A DNA stretch of 64,000 nucleotides from an uncultured delta proteobacterium (GTDB lineage: Bacteria > Desulfobacterota > Binatia > UBA9968). The DNA lies in assembly GCA_963745035.1 (NCBI GenBank), contig CAVUVW010000014.1, positions 896,001 through 960,000 on the forward strand, read 5' to 3'. The translations under genes and the position numbers were made by a program. Shown in pieces: positions 59,451 to 64,000 of this stretch. The notes beneath the pieces are model-generated. The model searched no databases, had not been told where the DNA came from, and saw nothing but the letters and a program-made list of their open reading frames with translations. Each line of letters begins with the position of its first letter. The first letter of the stretch is position 1.

Positions 59451-60459
59451 ATGAAATCGCTTTCATCCGGCGCTATCGCCGGCGCTCCAGCGCAAATCTG
59501 CGCGATCTTCCCGGGCGCGCTCGGGGATTTCATTTGCTTCCTGCCGGCTTTGCACGCGCTTGGGCAAGAAGGGCTGATCGATCTTTACGCGCGGAGTGAA
59601 TTTAGCGACTTGGCGCCTGAAGGCGTCACGGTCCGGTCGCTGGAGTGTTCGGAGATCGGCGAGTTATTCCGGCCCGAGCAGGCGGCGCGCGCCGCGCAAA
59701 ACCGCTTTTGCCGGTACGCTGCGCGTGTATTCGTGGCACGGGAGCGGCAATCCGGAGTTTGTCCGGCGCCTCGAAGCGATCACCGGCGGTAAAGCGCGAT
59801 GCTTTGCGTTCCGTCCGGCTTACGCACGAGGCCACCAGGCCGATTATTACCTCGGCTGCGTGCGCCCTCACGCCGCGCGCTCGCGGCCGGCAACGATCAA
59901 CGTTGGCGCGGAAGCGATTCGATGGCGCGAGGATTATTGGACAAAGCATTCCCTTGAGAACCGTCCGGTGCTGACCGTCGCTCCGGGCAGCGGCGCGCGC
60001 GAGAAAAACTGGCCGGCGCAATTTTTCGCCACGGTTGTCGAGTGGTGGCGCAATGCGACCGGCGGAGAAGTTCTGTTGCTGATCGGCCCGGTCGAACAGG
60101 AACTGGGCGGACTTGACCTGCTCTTTGAGCGCTGCATCGTCGCCGAAGATTTGAGTCTGGCGCAAGTTGCGGCGGCGCTGGCCGGAAGCGTTCTTTATCT
60201 CGGCAACGATAGCGGCATATCGCATTTGGCCGCAGCGCTCGGCGTTCGAGCCGTCGCGCTTTTCGGCCCCTCCGATCCCCTCCAGTGGGCGCCGCGCGGC
60301 AACAAGGTCGTCGTGCTGCGGCGCGGTCTCGCCTGTTCACCGTGCGGCGGGCAAGCGATGAAAATCTGTCCGCACCGCGCTTGCTTGCGTGAATTCTCCG
60401 CGCAAGAGGTGATCTCCGCGATGGCGCGCTTGCCTGAGGTCGTTAGCTTGACAAGGTAG
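59451..60459 (+). CDS. Glycosyltransferase family 9 (heptosyltransferase-like), frameshift near 59720
   Basis: PGALGDF, PGSG..KNWP, GNDSG.SHLAAA, LFGP. Confidence 0.85.
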
Positions 60460-60476
60460 GGGGCAGGGATTAGAGT
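60448..60476 (+). promoter_or_regulatory. Sigma70 promoter upstream of DUF1844-degP
   Basis: TTGACA-N17-TAGAGT. Confidence 0.7.
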
Positions 60477-60583
60477 TTCAGCAGGTAATTTGCTGAATAT
60501 TAAACCAGTTCTTTGCGAATGGCCGGCGCTTGAGGGTACGCGCCGTGGGTGGACAAGAATAGCGTCTCCGCACTCGACGTGCC

Positions 60584-60636
60584 GCCTGAAAGTCTCTCGG
60601 GTTCTTTAAATCCGCGCGGCTTTCAGGCTTTTTTTC
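60584..60636 (+). terminator. Terminator hairpin in the leader of DUF1844-degP
   Basis: GCCTGAAAG...CTTTCAGGC followed by T7. Confidence 0.65.
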
Positions 60637-60657
60637 GTTTCGGCCCGGAGTCTTCAT

Positions 60658-61089
60658 ATGGCCAAGGAAGAAGAGAAGACGATAGAAGGCAAGGGATTCA
60701 CCGTCCAGGATCGACGCCGTTTCTCGCCTGAGACGGGCGAAGCGCGCGAGAACGCACCCGAGCAAGCGGCCGCGGCGCCCGACGCTTCGGCCAAGGTTCA
60801 AAGCGAAGAGCAAGCCCACGCCGCCGCGGAGGAGCCGCTCCCGGAGATCAATTTCTCGGCATTCGTCATCAGTCTAAGCACCCAGGCGCTGATGCACTTA
60901 GGCGAGATCGCCAATCCGATCAGCGGCAAAGTCGAGATCGACGTGCCGGTGGCGAAGCAAATGATCGATATCATTGTCATGCTCCAAGACAAGACGCGAG
61001 GCAATCTGAACGCCAGTGAAGACCGGCTGATGGAAGATATTCTCTTCGATTTGCGCATGAAATACGTCGAGGCCGTGAAGAAGCGATAG
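60658..61089 (+). CDS. DUF1844 domain protein
   Basis: SLSTQALMHLG, AKQMID...KTRGNL...LRMKYV. Confidence 0.85.
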   Translation: MAKEEEKTIEGKGFTVQDRRRFSPETGEARENAPEQAAAAPDASAKVQSEEQAHAAAEEPLPEINFSAFVISLSTQALMHLGEIANPISGKVEIDVPVAKQMIDIIVMLQDKTRGNLNASEDRLMEDILFDLRMKYVEAVKKR

Positions 61090-61095
61090 GAGTCG

Positions 61096-62596
61096 TTGAT
61101 GGGCTGGAAGAACATCTGGGGTGGTGGCGTGAGCGTCAAAGGAGCCATTTTGGTCGCTTTGACCTCTCTGGTGGTAGGGCTCGGCATCAGCGGCAGCCTG
61201 GATTGGTTGGCGCCCAGCCGCGCAGTCAATCTACTCGGCGAGGCCGCCAAACCCGACCCGCGCCCCGTGACCGGCTTGCCGGATTTTGTGAATCTCGCCA
61301 AAAACATCAGACCGATCGTCGTCAATATATCCACAACCCAGATGAGCGAAGGTCGCGGCGGGCCGCAGGAGTTCAGCAGCCCCTTCGGCGAGGAAGATCC
61401 ATTCAACGATTTTTGGCGGCGGTTTTTTGGCGGTCCGATGCCGCGCGGCCCGCAGCGCCAGCGCAGCCTGGGCTCCGGTTTTATCATCGATGCCGACGGC
61501 TCGATCCTCACCAACAACCACGTGGTCGAGAATGCATCCAAGATCGTCGTCAAGCTTTCGGATGACTCAGGAGTACGAGGCCAAAGTCATCGGCCGCGAT
61601 CCGAAAACCGATATCGCGGTGATCAAGATCGACGCGAAGGGCGCTCTCATCGCGGCGAACTTCGGCGACTCCGACACGCTGGAAGTGGGCGAGTGGGTGG
61701 TCGCCATCGGCAATCCGTTCGGCCTCGACAGCACGGTGACTTCCGGGATCGTCAGCGCCAAAGGCCGGCACATCGGCCAAGGGCCCTACGACAACTTCAT
61801 TCAAACCGACGCCTCGATCAATCCCGGCAATTCGGGCGGTCCGCTGCTCAATTTGCGCGGCGAAGTCGTCGGCATCAATACCGCGATTTTCAGCCGCACC
61901 GGCGGCAATATCGGCATCGGCTTCGCCATTCCCATCAACCTGGTCAAGGAACTGCTGCCGCAGCTGCGCGGCAAGGGCAAGGTCGTGCGCGGTTATCTCG
62001 GCGTGTTGATCCAGAAAGTCACGCCCGAAATCGGCGAAAGCCTCGGCATGGACAAAAGCTACGGCGCGCTGGTGGCCAACGTCTCGAAAGACGGACCGGC
62101 CGAAAAAGCCGGCGTGAAAGTCGGCGACGTGATCGTCGAATTCGACGGCAAGGAAGTGAAGGACTCCGCCGACTTGCCGATCATCGTGGCGCGCACTCCG
62201 GTGGACAAGAAAGTGCGCATGAAAGTGCTCCGCGACAAAAAGGAGATGTTTCTCAACGTCGCGGTGGGCGAGCTCAAGGACGAAGAGGTGGTCGCGACCG
62301 CGCCCGAGAAAGGCGAGCTCGGCCTCACGGTGCAGCGGCTTACGCCGCAGATGGCCGAAAGCCTGGGCGTGGAAAAGGTCGAGGGCGTGGTCGTCGCCGC
62401 CGTGGAGCCGGCAAGCGCCGCCGATGAGGCGGGCATCCGTCGCGGCGATATCATCGTCGAAGTCGACCGCAAGGCGGTGCGCAGCGTCGAGGACTATAAA
62501 AAAGCCGTCGCCGGAGCGCGCAAGGGGCGCGGCGTGCTGTTCCTGGTGCGGCGCGGCGAGAGCACGTTGTTTCTCGCTCTCAAGCCGCAGCGCTGA
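61096..62596 (+). CDS. degP: DegP/HtrA serine protease (frameshift near 61568)
   Basis: [30 protein letters not shown], two PDZ domains. Confidence 0.92.
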
Positions 62597-62618
62597 TTTT
62601 TCGCTGATCGCTTTTTGA

Positions 62619-62656
62619 GAAACGAGGCGCGCCGCACGGCCGGCGCGCCTCGTTTC
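62619..62656 (+). terminator. Hairpin terminator after degP
   Basis: GAAACGAGGCGCGCCG / CGGCGCGCCTCGTTTC. Confidence 0.7.
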
Positions 62657-62709
62657 ATTGCTTTTGCATCCGTTCTGCGCGAGAATCGACTTACCTTGAG
62701 GCGTCGCGT

Positions 62710-64000
62710 TTGAAGAAATCCAATCTCCGCATCTTCAGCATCGCTCTGGTCGCGCTCCTCGTCATCACCTCCAGCGGCTTGGTTTTAGGCGCATGGTACT
62801 TACGACAGCTCGAGGACACGGTTACGGAAAAGTTCGAAGGGCGGAAATGGTTCTTTCCTTCGAAGATCTATTCCGACAGCTATCTGCTCTACGTCGGCAT
62901 CAACCTGCGGGTCGAAGAGCTGACCGATAAGCTCCGCCGGCTCGGCTATTTCGAAACTCAGGGCCCGCCCAGGCGCAAGGGGGAATACCGCGTCGCGCGC
63001 GGCGCCGTGGAGATTTTTCTCCACGATTTCGCTTTTCCCACCGAGCAGCGCGAGGGCGTGCCGGTGCGGATCTCGATGCAGGGCGCGACTGTTGCGCGCA
63101 TCGAAAATCTCGCCACCGGCAAGGATATGTTCGATCTCGAGCTCGAGCCTGAGCTGGTGACCGGCCTGTACGAACGCATCTGGCAGGAACGCAAGGTGGT
63201 GCAGCTCGCCGACGTTCCGCCGCTGTTCGTGAAAGCGGTGCTCGCGATCGAGGACGAGCGCTTTTACAGCCACAGCGGCATCGATCCGATCGGCATTTTG
63301 CGCGCGCTGTGGGTGAACGCCTGGAGCATGAGCTATCAGCAGGGCGGCAGCACGCTCACGCAGCAGCTCATGAAAAATTTTTTCTTGAGCGACGAGCGCA
63401 CCTTCAGCCGCAAGATTCCCGAAGCCGTTATGGCGCTGATCGCCGAGCGCAAGTATCCCAAAGAGACGATCCTGGAAAACTATCTCAATGAAATCTATCT
63501 GGGCCAAAGAGGCTCGCAGGGAATTTTCGGCGTGTCCGAGGCGGCGCAGTTTTATTTCGCCAAGCCGTTGAGCGATTTGAGCGTCGGCGAGTCCGCGCTC
63601 CTGGCCGGGCTGATCCGCGCGCCGAACCGGCTGTCGCCGTACCGCAGCACCGAAGCCGCAACCAAGCGCCGCAACGTGGTTTTGGCCAAGTTGTTCGATC
63701 GAGCGCGATCATCACGCGCAAGCAATACGATGCCGCGGTGCGCGAGAAACTTCCGGCGCGCGCACTCGTCAAGGTGACCAACGACGCGCCGTTCTACGTC
63801 GATTATCTGCGGCGCGAGCTCGACGAGAACTACTCGCACACCGTGCTGACCAAAGAAGGACTGCGGATCTTCAGCAGCCTCGATCTGCAGCTCCAGCGCA
63901 AGGCGGAGCGCGCGCTCGTCGAAGGGCTCAAAAAGCTCGAGGCGGCGCATCCGGCGCTGCGCCGCAAAACCGACGACGACAGCCTCGAAGGCGCCATCAT
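62710..64000 (+). CDS. mrcB: Penicillin-binding protein 1B (partial, frameshift near 63700)
   Basis: UB2H-like domain, EDERFY.H.G, GGSTLTQQL.KN, YLNEIYLG. Confidence 0.88.

Noticed and set aside
60520-60610. Glycine riboswitch, SRP or 6S RNA call
   Set aside because: Only fragmentary resemblance; conserved core motifs could not be matched by eye, so it is kept as an unnamed leader.
8866-63777. Frameshifts in many genes (heme protein 1, cyclase 2, tadG, primase, GT9, degP, mrcB) as programmed frameshifting or pseudogenisation
   Set aside because: They are isolated single-base indels that also hit core genes and show no slippery motifs, so long-read consensus errors are more likely.
1-64000. 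CRISPR array or rRNA
   Set aside because: No regularly spaced repeat-spacer units or rRNA signatures were seen.

Overview
High-GC bacterial chromosome segment. The gene repertoire (many solo NMT1/THI5-, Bug- and TAXI-type binding proteins, amidohydrolase, DLH enzymes) suggests a Binatia/Deltaproteobacteria-like organism; this is inference. Scattered single-base frameshifts in otherwise intact genes point to long-read consensus errors. Bases 1-37.3 kb hold catabolic/transport and housekeeping genes: two tandem secreted monoheme proteins, two degenerate cyclases, a NahE-like aldolase, sfsA, gdh, efp, coaE and grxC. Bases 37,369-53,922 are a ~16.5 kb integrative element in the 3' end of tRNA-Cys(GCA), bounded by a perfect 37-bp direct repeat. 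Its core is a tyrosine integrase, XRE repressor, excisionases and a DUF3854/DUF3631 primase-helicase, with no capsid or conjugation genes recognised. The att core lies inside the integrase ORF, so integration swaps the integrase C-terminus. Cargo includes a TadG-TadE-TadE minor-pilin cassette with an orphan alternative TadE C-terminus and small membrane proteins, a Ku gene broken by a ~61-bp internal micro-inversion, three divergent paralogs of an unrecognised small protein family, tandem hydrophobic micropeptides and a candidate sRNA. Bases 54-64 kb are core genes: a ferredoxin fusion, rimI, carD, ispD, larE, cysK, GT9, DUF1844, degP and partial PBP1b.
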